A stretch of DNA of 58,970 bases, the filler included, from Sphacelaria rigidula (Eukaryota): assembly GCA_964200075.2 (NCBI GenBank). It is 8 parts of 8 records of this genome, joined end to end, with 100 filler letters (N's around TTAATTAATTAA, not from the genome) between each part and the next. Parts side by side here need not be neighbours in the genome. Positions count along the whole stretch, not along the records: positions 36,922 to 44,204 come from CAXNAA020015636.1; positions 44,305 to 51,587 come from CAXNAA020015637.1; 6 more parts are not named here. One strand, 5' to 3'. The position numbers were made by a program, and so were the translations under genes. The notes beneath the pieces were generated by a model, which did not search any database, had not been told where the DNA came from, and saw only the letters and a list, made by a program, of their open reading frames with translations. Numbering within the stretch: position 1 is the first letter of the stretch; each line of letters opens with the position of its first letter. Below, in pieces: positions 37,803-48,500 of this stretch.

Positions 37803-38479
37803 CAGTCTTACGCCAAAAAAGAAAAAAAAAATACGGAACAGAATCCGACATATTTTCGCCCCAATACGCACGCACGCACCGCGCAGCCCCAGATTCAGCA
37901 AGATGAGGTGGTTGCCTGTAGTCTACGTGACATGTAGTCGGAATTTCAGCACGTAAAAGCACTAAGAGCGCTTGCACGGCCGTGTCTCCTGAAATGAGCA
38001 CCTGTACAGGCGATACCACGATAGGTACCGCGTAGAGTGACATCATCCAGAGTGTGCATAATACGGATCGATGTGTTCGTTTGCCGGGGCAGGAGCCACC
38101 CAGGAGGAAGTGAGCGTATCTGCGTATCAACATATGCATCCACTGACGTCTCACGCAGTCCGGGCCGAGGGGATTGCGTTTTGAGGGCGTATCGATGACA
38201 TTGCCCCGAACCCGTATTTTGCTTCTCGCGTCTAGCGCAACGCGTAAAACGTGCCGCCGCTCCGGGAATATGCTGTCTGTGTTGATCCACCTCTGTGCCA
38301 CGTTTCAGGCTTGATAGAACAGACACGGCGGAGAAATCCACAAGCAAAATAATCCTTGATTTGTACTGAAAATACAGTAGTAAATCCTGTTGAACCGTCG
38401 GAAGATACATGAGGTGCGTATAATTTTTGTATGCGGGAATCTTGGCAGTTGCCTTGTTTTTTTTTTTGGCGTAAGACTG
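37803..38479. mobile_element. Non-autonomous DNA transposon nested in an older repeat
   Basis: TIR CAGTCTTACGCCAAAAAA / TTTTTTGGCGTAAGACTG with a 4-bp duplication AATC. Internal ~200 bp is homologous to 14270-14480. The host repeat is uninterrupted at ~44790-44880. Confidence 0.75.
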
Positions 38480-40399
38480 AATCATTCAAATTTCACTGTC
38501 AGCTGGCCTAGCTCGTAGTATCAAATATGTCGCTGTTGATACTCGATACACAATCCTCCTAAATTGGGAAAATTCGAAGTACATTGGTCTTCCCCAGTGA
38601 AATTAAAATAAGGGTCAAGGGTTACTATCGTAGAAGGTACCTCGGACTCGGCGTCTACACCAAGTTTCGAGTCGGCGCACGTTCTTCACCTCGCTTCAAG
38701 TTAGCATAAGGCTTACGAGATTGCAGCCCGGATCATCGCGAAAATGCTTTCACAACATAATGCGCCATACACATCGTCCATGAGGATCGGCTACATAACA
38801 TCAAGAGACCCTCCTGTTCCATGTAGTGATTGATCCGTACGGATCTTGCCCAATTATTAGTTCGAAAGGGTGATGGGGTGTCCAGTGTGCATCCTTCGGG
38901 TCCCTTCGGTAAAACGCGATGCACGGCGATATGATGGCAACAAGCACATCGCAACAGGAACGACCAACCACTTCTAGGCCTTCAGCGTACCAGCATCGAC
39001 ATCAACATCTTCACACAGCTGTACTGCTGTCAAAAGAACAACAGCCATGTGTGGATACAGTACAGTAGGCAGCAGTACGCACATGTTTGTTCCACTCCTT
39101 CGAAGCTTCGGGTGGCATCACGATCACGCGAGGTGAACAGTCCTCACAGTGTATCTAATGTTGCAGATGCTTCATACTTGCCCTCTCCTGGCTGTACTGC
39201 CTGTATTGTACAGTGCCGACCGTACCAGACATCGAAGCGCCCAAGCCAGGGCTTCGACGTTGCAGTCACGCACACTTTTCCTGCCGACACAACAGTACAG
39301 TCAGTACAGTAGTACTCACTGACTTTTGTCGATATTTGGCGAAATTTGGTCGACAAGAAAGAACTGACTACCGACTATGATGGGCTGCCTGCCTGCCCGA
39401 AGGTGGGGAGGGTACTGAACTGTCCTTTGGTATTGCTAGTGTAGAGTTTTGTCTACAAACAAACGCGCATAATTTCGCACCCGTCCCTCTTGCACATATC
39501 CCCCGGGATACTGTTAATAGGTATAACTCGGGTGAATCCCTGTCTTGAGTGCGCTTCACTTTTGCTCATGGAAGCAACAGAGAATACAACATGAGCCCAA
39601 AGTCGCCACGCCCAACTGTACCAACAGTTGTACTAGAGTAACTCAGCGAGAACATGATCAAATGAATAATAATCGAAGATTTCGACGGCGGGTCAAACGG
39701 CAAACACGTCGCACCCCTTTCCTGAGCGGTGGATAACTTCGGAAATGAAACTATTTTGCAGCAGCCCTGACAACCTTTGTCGCGAGTTCACGACAATCGA
39801 CTGGACTGGATAAATAGGACAACACCATGACCGCCATCAATCCATATACAATCGACAACCACTGGCGAACGTGGTAGGGAGGGCAACGTATACGGCTACA
39901 TCATTGGTGATACTCAACTTGTGGAGAACATGAGATTTCGGTGCAACTAGGACTTTCTGAAGGGTGCAGACGCAGATCACCTTGAAAAAGTGGTTGCATG
40001 TGAACAATGACACGTTCCCCAATGAACCAGTAATGCAAACGTTCTAACATGCTCCACAACAACCCAGCCGCAACATTCTTTGGCATGTGGGTGGGGCTCA
40101 ACCCGTGGAACATAGGGTTGAGAAAGGGTGGGGGAGGGGGGGGGGTTGCAGTGCCAGCACTGTGAAGCTCAATTTGAAAACGTATTGCTTAGTTAGCGAA
40201 GAGAAACGTGCTAGCTGTTGAACAGAGTTAGTAGTAAATTCAGTTGGCGAAGAGAAACGTGCTGGTTGTTGAACACAGGCGGTCATGACAAGACACCTCC
40301 AACAGACACACCACGCGAATATGTGGAAGCCCTTAGACAGCCTATCAAGAATGAATATTGGTAGTAGCGCTGCTACTACCGCCACGATTTCTGCCGCAC

Positions 40400-40653
40400 C
40401 TCATCCTCCGGCATATACAGCTCCTCCTTGCAGCAGCTGGTGCAAAACACGCCACCACAGTATCGGCAGTGCGTTCGCCCGCTGATGGTGATGTCCAGGA
40501 AATTGCCCTCAAAGCTGCTCGCGCAAAGAGGACACTGCTTTACCTCGTGATCTTCAACCCATCGCTTCATCTCTCGCCGCGCGAGGCCTCGTCCACCGCT
40601 CAAAGTCATGGCAAAACGGCTGTGCCCGTGCTGCGCCGATGCTTGGACTCTCT
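40400..40653 (-). CDS. Exon encoding a FYVE-type zinc finger (partial gene)
   Basis: RWVEDHEVKQCPLCASSF...SGRTHCRYCGGVFCTSCCKEELYMPEDE contains WxxD, CxxC, HCRxCG and FCxxC, with cAG and GTgcgg boundaries. Candidate downstream exons at ~39178-39280 and ~37466-37616 are unverified. Confidence 0.75.
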
Positions 40654-40797
40654 CTGCAGTTTATATCTCCATCACAGGGAAACACCTGGGTTCGCACAGA
40701 AGAGTGCCACATTCGATCAACGTGTTGGGAAAGTGCCCGTTTGCTACTATGAATCGGGTGGGGGAACGCCACACCTTGGACAAAAAGTATATATTGT

Positions 40798-41032
40798 ATA
40801 CCGTGATTAATTGTGCGAGTCATCGCACACCCCCTTGACCGAATTTCAAAGCTCGATTACTCCACAACAAGAAGAGCATTAGTTCTGAAAAGGGTGACGC
40901 TGGAAAAATCTCGTCGATAGCTGCCCGAAAACGCGTCGTTTGGTATTCACACCCTCTTCGTCATGGAGTAATCGGGCTTTGAAATTCGGTCCACCAGGGG
41001 GTGTGTGATGACTCGCGCCATTATACGGTGTA
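40798..41032. mobile_element. MITE with ~75-bp TIRs
   Basis: gcgagtcatcgcacacccc..gaccgaatttcaaagctcgattactcca pairs with tggagtaatcgggctttgaaattcggtcc..ggggtgtgtgatgactcgc. Confidence 0.7.
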
Positions 41033-41516
41033 TGGTCAATAGTTGCAATAATAGAGAAGAAACGTCCTGCATAAAGTATAGGCATATTGCTACTACAGCA
41101 TTATCGGCCGGCAAAAGTTGCAACCGGCCTGTACTTTACGCAGTACACTTCTCCTCTACTGCATTTATTGACAAAATTTTCCAGGGCGTGAAAAATACCG
41201 ACAAAAAAGGGGCGCATATCCCACCATGGTGGATGGTGTGCTACTCGAAACCGTGATACATGCATCATGCAGAATAATGAGTTCGATGGTAGAGCGATGT
41301 AACTAGAAGACTCCTCCTGAACGAAATCAGCGACACGATCAAAGGATTCACTACGCTTATGTACCTACGAGCTGGGCCGGCCTAAGAGCGGATCTGTAGG
41401 TTGCGGACCCATTCTCGCCTTCATTTTGAGAGGTATTAGACATTCAAATTTGGTATGTATACTGTAGAGAATGAACGAACGCAACAGGGTGTAATGTTGG
41501 GGGAGGAGGTTGAGAT

Positions 41517-41665
41517 CTGGGGGTATACAAAATTGGGTACACTCTCATGTTTTTGGAATAAAAGGGGGGTATACTCTCATGTTTTGGAACAAAATGGGGG
41601 TACATTCTTATATTTTTGGAACAAAAAATGTACACTCCCATGTTTGTGGGACAAAAAAGGGTATA
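41517..41665 (+). repeat. Minisatellite, ~31-bp unit, about 4-5 copies
   Basis: gggtacactctcatgtttttggaa(t/c)aaaa repeated. Confidence 0.75.
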
Positions 41666-42205
41666 CCGCACTTTTCAATCTGCGGAGGGGCGCGCTGCAC
41701 GCGGGCTGGGTACCTCGAGAACATATAATATATGTTCCAGCGTATCAGCCCCACGCCCACAACAAGGTGCCTAGGCAGCATGCCCGACAATTTTGTTTTG
41801 TATTTTTCGACACAACATGACATTAAGCTTAACTACGGCGCGGAAAAGGAGAGCCTGCCAGTAGATCATTTTTTTGTGAACAAAGTAGGAGGAGGGCACA
41901 CCTGACTCTCTGCTAAAACTTCCACGGGAACCCTACAGGTACGGTACTTCCCCGAGCGTACCCCCGGTTTTTACCGGGGTATCCCACACCGTGGTATGCG
42001 TGGGTATCGTAGTTATGATTGTTGAAAATTCCTGACTGAGCGGTATGGTATGTTGTACTACTGGTGTCTCGAAACACCACCACCGTGGTATCGTAGGTAT
42101 CGTAGGTATGGCATTATTTGACAATATCCGATTGGGCGGGTATGGTAGGTACTGGTATCTTGAAATACCGTGGTATTATCGGAGGTATCGGGGGTATCTG
42201 AGGTG

Positions 42206-42303
42206 TGCGTGTGTGTGTGCATTGTGTGAGAAAAAATCCCAGATCGCTCCGAGATTCGAACCCACGGCCCAACCGTCAGAAGGTTTCGAGGTTTTACCAA
42301 CTG
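42206..42303 (-). mobile_element. SINE family B head joined directly to a (CA)n tract
   Basis: gtgtgtgtg..tgtgtgagaaaaaatcccagatcgctccgagattcgaaccc...aaccgtcagaagg...ttaccaactg. Confidence 0.7.
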
Positions 42304-42688
42304 CATGTATGTATGCAAGCCGGTTGCCTACACTACCCCGCGTGGTTACTTCGCCGCGATGCCGACCATGAATGAAGATGTTAAAGTTTTCACCAACGAG
42401 AAATGCATCATACATACCAACTATGGCAGTGTATATCTGTATCCCTGGTCCCCACTCGTGCTTTTTGCTGCAGGGTTGGTTGCAGTTGTAGCTGGGAATA
42501 ATAAGTTGTGTGGGGTATGCGTGATGATTCGATCTGTGAACGGCGGGTGATATATCTGGCGTCGTAGTCGATACTGTAATATTGTTGATAGAGTCCCAAA
42601 AGTGCCCTTGAGGCAGTTAGGACACAACAAGTGTTGTTCAGAGGCTTGAGTGTGGTGCGAACTCCAGACGTAAATTTACACACTGGAC

Positions 42689-42893
42689 CAAGGGCAGGTC
42701 GAGTAGAGTATACTCAATTGCGGGGTATTTTGAAAGACGTGCTTGAGGTACTCAAATTAGGGTAGAGTGTTAGGAGTCGTACCAAGGAAGTAGCTGGAAA
42801 GCGATCCCTTGAACCCTAGCCCCAATATGTGTACTTTAAGTAGGACATTGAAAATACCCCGCAATTGAGTATACTCTACTCGACCTGCCCTTG
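42689..42893. mobile_element. hAT-type MITE (205 bp)
   Basis: Near-perfect ~45-bp TIR CAAGGGCAGGTCGAGTAGAGTATACTCAATTGCGGGGTATTTT, with an 8-bp TSD CACTGGAC / CACTGGGC (one mismatch). Confidence 0.85.
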
Positions 42894-43207
42894 CACTGGG
42901 CATAACTGTTTTCGCGAAATTCCCCGGAGGCACCCTCAGTAAAATCATGTGCCCGTCGGGATCATGTGCTCTCTAGCGGCTTCGTTTACTACTGTACATT
43001 CCAGAGGCATAATGACGCACCAGAGGGTATTTCATCTCCCGGAGGGTCATTTTGCCCTCTAGAAGAGAAAAAAAAAAAGCGATGATGGGATTTCAAGGAG
43101 GAGCCGATTGGCCGCGTGTGCAGCGAAACTGGCTCACTGCGAACGGGAGAGACGCCAACCAGTGGTCTATACTGCCTATTGCTGCGAATTACTAATAGTA
43201 TATTTGA

Positions 43208-43569
43208 GCTGGTCGCCCGGGTGGCTCAGTTGGTAACCTCGTAACCTTCTGATGGTTGAGTTGTGGGGTTCGATTCTCGGAGCGATCTGGAAATTTTTCT
43301 TACACCATGCCCAACGATGGAGAGCTATGTCGTGGGTACACAAAATTCGACTTCACAGTCGACGAGAAAGAGGGACTGCTGAACCCCTCTCGCGATAAAA
43401 AATAAAGGCAATAAGCACAGCAGAAGGAGGGTGGAGTACTGTAGACAAATAAAAAAAGAAAAAGCTCCTGCGTTGACCTTCCTCCTGTGTAACGCCGGTT
43501 GATGCGCCCACATATCCCGAAAGGGGCAGACTGGCGCCCAGAATAAAGGGGACGTCAACACACACACAT
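43208..43569 (+). mobile_element. tRNA-derived SINE, family B (full-length)
   Basis: A box TGGCTCAGTTGG, B box GGTTCGATTCT, stem-loop AACC-TTCTGAT-GGTT, ~250-bp body and an ACACACAC tail. Confidence 0.85.
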
Positions 43570-44481
43570 ATTCGCGATTAGCGAATTAAGAATAATTCGA
43601 GTAATTCGAAGATTCGTGAATTTCGTAGTTCGCGAAATAATTCGAATCACGACTTCAATTTAATTCGAAACCTGAAAACGCCGAAAAGTCCACAAACTAC
43701 AACAACTCTACCGAAAAAACACATGTTATTACTTGAAACAGTTTTGCAAAAACAGCCAACTGATTATTTCGATTGTCTGTTGAAACATCCCCTAGCTTTC
43801 CTTGTCGCGCACTGTTGCTCTGGTGTCTACAACTCCTTTAGTACATTCGAAATGTCTCTCTACAGGTGAGGTGAGGCGCTGTTCATTGGACTCCCTCATC
43901 TTGGAAAAAACTAGTGCCAGAGTTTTTTTCGGGTTCTGGAATTATTCGCAAGGGGCCGGAAGTTTCCAAGCTATGAAATTTCCTATTTTAATGTCTATAA
44001 ATCACTTCTAGCAGCGGGAATATTTTTCCGAGACATAATTAGCAGCACTTTACTTCTCACGACAGTATTCTCTATTAAACAGCGGATCCTGAAAAATGGG
44101 GTCCATCTCAAAAATGAGGTTGAAGTGGCATTTCTTTTTTGCAGGGATGACGCGAAACACTGATAACCGAGCGAAGCCATCTTCCCCCCCAAATGTGCGC
44201 GCCANNNNNNNNNNNNNNNNNNNNNNNNNNNNNNNNNNNNNNNNNNNNTTAATTAATTAANNNNNNNNNNNNNNNNNNNNNNNNNNNNNNNNNNNNNNNN
44301 NNNNCAAAATCACACTGGTACGAGTAGTGCTGCAAGATGGCATCAAGGTTGTCAACAGCTCCATCATGGGAGAGAACCTCCCAGCAGGTGGTCATTTACC
44401 ACCCTAAGAGGGAGAAGTACTACCTCAAACCGCGCTTTACAGCCCCCAGATGCAAGGCGCTATAGCAGATTATGCGCAAAA

Positions 44482-44562
44482 ACAAAATGGTCGTGTCGGG
44501 ATTCTAACTCGTGACCTCTGAAATAAGAGGCGGTTAAACCAGTTTGATCACCGGGTGCCACA
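44482..44562 (-). mobile_element. Possible third tRNA-like SINE head (single copy in window)
   Basis: Reverse complement GTGGCACCCGGTGATCAAACTGG...GAGTTAGAATCCCGACACGACCATTTT has A- and B-box-like motifs. Confidence 0.4.
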
Positions 44563-45538
44563 CGAAAAAATGGATGCTGTGGGTAATTCGAAGAGTTAGG
44601 CGTTGAAATTTTGACACAACGTTTTTATCGTCACTACGCAAAACATTTTCGGAGGTGCATCCGTATTTCTTCCATTTTTCACGGAGTTATAGCATTTCCC
44701 TAGTCTTTACAGAAACTTCAAAATCGCTCCAACTTTGTTTTTTTCTTCAATGCACCTCGAGAAATGTTGTGCGTAGTGATGATACCAAACTTGTGTCAAA
44801 ATTTCAGCGCCCAACTGTTCGAATGACCCACAGCATCGCCAAAATACACTCAAGAATTACTGTCAGCTGGCCCAGCCTGTACCTTCGACGTTGTATCGCA
44901 CGAAGCACGAACTGGAAATGTATGCACCCCAAGTAGTGTACGAATCGTATGATTGATTCGTCCAAATGTTGAATATGGGTCGGATCACAATTTCATGCGT
45001 CCGAACCGTGAATCCATCCGGCAGGGGACAAGTTTCATCGCCCTGCTTACTTCTCACGGTCATGACTTGGTTTCGTCTGCTTTGGTCCCTCCAATCCTCA
45101 GCTTTACGCCCGTTCCAGTCCTATCATGTCGGGTGGTGTTCCGTCTGGCTCGCAACAACGCAACAATCGAATACCGGGGCCTGTCCGTCACATGATAGCT
45201 GGAAAATATCGAGCCTGCCTCTCACCTCGGTCATTGGCAGGGGGGGCGACAGGCACATCTTGGCCGGTACTACTAGCCACTGTTTCTGCAATTTCGACGT
45301 GACTCCGTTCCCTTAGAAAAACCTCGTTCCGTTTTTTCAAGATGCCGTGTTATCAGTGACAAATATGAGGCGAGTAACAAGAAAAAGTCACAGACATGTC
45401 ACCAGAAACACGAGGCTCATATTGAAGGAAGATATGAACATGGAAGAAACACAATTGTAACAAGCTCGATATTGTTCTCAGGTCAGTCTGCCCCGGCGCA
45501 AATCGCGCGCGCGCAAAAAAAAACGCAGTGAGATTCAC

Positions 45539-48500
45539 CGTCGCAAGGAAGTAGATGACCACAGCGCAGATGGACATGACCCTCAGATAGTTAATTGCGT
45601 CCTTCCAAGTGGTATCCTCGAACGAAGCCATGAGTATCTTCGGGGCGAAGAACAGTAGCATCAAGCGGTCCCATATGAAGGCAGCTACGATGTCCAACAC
45701 CAACACGATGAGCATCGCGTTGCGGAAGCTGTCGTCGGGCAAGGGCTCCAGCTGCAGCCACTTGTTCAACTGCGTTTTTTTTTCAGTAAAATCACGTCTC
45801 AGCCTCAGGTCGTATATGTTAAAAATGCAAAATGGGTATACTGTGCACGAAAAAGCTATGCAAAAAAATACAATATTACAAGGTCGTTGTTCAATGGAGA
45901 AAATCCTGCGACCAAGGTAGACACTGGCCACATGCGCAGGGAGTTGTGCATGTGAACAGATCACACGTGCGTTATGCCAAGCTCGGTTTATCACGGGTGG
46001 TCCAAGCGACTGGTGGCAAAAGCAAGTCTCGAGAAAAAAGTGTGCGAAACACCGGTCACGCTCACTCTTGGGGACGCAAACCAGCAAATCGCGCGGACGG
46101 TTCAATCCAGTTTACGCCCGATGATACAAAATGACTAGCTCCGACTCAGCATAGGCACCAAGAACGAAGGAGGCAAGGGATTAGTTCCCACTACGACCGG
46201 TCAACCCAACAACACCACAACTAGAAGCCGAACACGCGGCAACGAGATTGGCACATTTTATACGAATCAGTGCTACTGACTACACTGCAGGCAACTCACT
46301 CTCGGGATGGTTTCGCTGGCAGCCATGAAGGTCAGCGCGAAGGTAGCCGCCAGGGAGTAGAGGAGGGGGCGGTTCTGGGAGAGACCGCCCATGAACGGCC
46401 GGCCCTTGAGGTTGACCACGAACACACTAACCTACGACATAGCACGATGGCCGCCACGCGATGCTGGTCAGGAGAAGAGCAAACGAGACAGCCGTAGCTT
46501 CGGCCCGAAGCGCCGTGGGACAGCGTGTGAGAGTTTGTGATGCTCACCTCACGCAAGCAGTATCGTTTCGTGCTTGTTTTCAACAGCATTCCGACACAAT
46601 GTGCTGAACTATCAAGTGAAAATAAGCGCGGCGGTGGTACCAGGCCTGGCGAACAAAAGCCATTTGTTTTCGTTACACACGATAATGTAGGTGATTCCAA
46701 GGGTTGGGCAAATAATGATTCGTCTGTAAATTACTTGGTTTTATTATGAATGATTCGACTCGTACGAATCAATCCCTGGGCTTTGTTTTCAGCGTCGCAA
46801 CCCAGGTACACGCAGCCTAGAGACGTGGAATGGCGCAAAAGTTGTGTGGATACTGCTTGGACCAGCGGTCAGCTTTTTTTTCCTTTTTGGGCAATCAGGC
46901 CGAAGAAATCGTGGATTTGGTCCTTCTTAGTCGTAATTATTCGTCTTAACCGTGCTTGATTCTCGTCGCCATGTGGACCTCAGGGCCACCACAGTCTCCG
47001 GTCTGCACGCAAGCCACATAAGAAAGTTTCTAACTGTTGAAGAACGCACAGAAAGCATTGGACTCTAAAAACAATTTGAACAGGTATGGACACAGCCTAG
47101 CGAAGATACAAATCACAACATATGGCGCAATCTCAAGATACCTGCTGCACAGCTCCAACCAAAAACACGACCGAGTTTATCATGTTGGGCGCGAACTCTC
47201 CGTCCAGGTCCGGGTGGTAGTCATCGTCTAGATGCTCCTTGCTTCGCGCTACGGCGTACACCATGCACCCCATGTGCAAGGCGAACTGTTAGTACGTGAA
47301 GAACAAGAGAACCAATCAGACACAGAGAGGCAGGAAACTCGTAGATGAGCGGCAGGCCAGTTGAGCACCTGACAGAGGTTAAAAGCCACTTTCCAGCAAC
47401 AGTCCACCGTTCGTAGTCACGGCCCATGTTTTCACGTGGGAGGCCTATGTCCTGTAAGGCATCCGAAAACAGCGTCCTTAGCAATTCACGGTAACGCCAC
47501 CTGTTCCACACAAAACATCTGCGGAAAACATGCAGCATCCACCCTTTGCCAGGCGAGAAGCTGAAAAATGAATATATCTACTGTCATTTCCACATAATGC
47601 ACTACGGGGAACTGCACAAAAAGCAAGAGCCGTGTGCGGTTCAAGCTCTCGAATCATCTAAATCGAACCGATCTACAGCACTGCGCGCCCAGAACCGGAA
47701 AAATATTGGGGCCGCGAGGCGAACCCATGACGAACATCCCTCGAAAAAACATCGAACTTTCACCTGTCCCAGAATTGAGAAAAACAGAGCCGGGTGGAAG
47801 AAGGATGTGATGGGTCGGACGCAGCTGAGCTTATCCAAGGGCTTTGACCGACTTATCGTCACGAATGAAACAGACATGAGCATGCCCAACGCCGTCATCT
47901 GTCTGTCCCCGTACTTGACCCCGTCAAGGTACAGCACCGACAACGAGTAGGCCGAGATGAGGCAGTTAAGAGCCAGGATCTGGGGATGGCGGAAACCAGC
48001 GAGGGCAGGGAACGGACAGAGTGTGGACGAGGCGGAATAAAGAAGTAGGGGGCGCAATCAGACGAGTTGCCACTTTTGCTGCGGCCCATGGTCTACATAG
48101 TGCGTGTATACCTGCGAGCATAATACTCCTACCAAACTGCCGCGCGTCCTGGATAGCCCGCGAACTCAACAGGCAGGAACTCCAATAACCGCAAAGCCAT
48201 AATCGTCGCCAAGCAATTTAGCCGCAGCACCCGCAAAAGAGGTATGACCAATACCACTCAGGTGTGCGGGAAAATTAACCAGAACGAAACGCCTGGTTCG
48301 TACAGCACTTTCTTCACTGTTTGGCACACTTTTTTTTAACCCCATCTCATTCCCTTCCTCGGGATAAGTGTGCAGTCTCAAGGCATGAAGGCATCAACAC
48401 ATATTTGCTCTCGTGCAGGCCTCACACGACTACTCGAATTCCCAGGCAGAAACGGTTCCGCCGGTCATGAAGTCAGGGAAATACTCGAGTGCCCGTACAG

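Noticed and set aside
37774-38485. 175-aa and 179-aa minus-strand ORFs as exons of the FYVE gene
   Set aside because: They lie within the TIR-bounded repeat that is homologous to 14270-14480.
43208-43290. Functional tRNA gene
   Set aside because: The acceptor stem is poor and the head is attached to a SINE body in the full copies. The same applies to family A heads.
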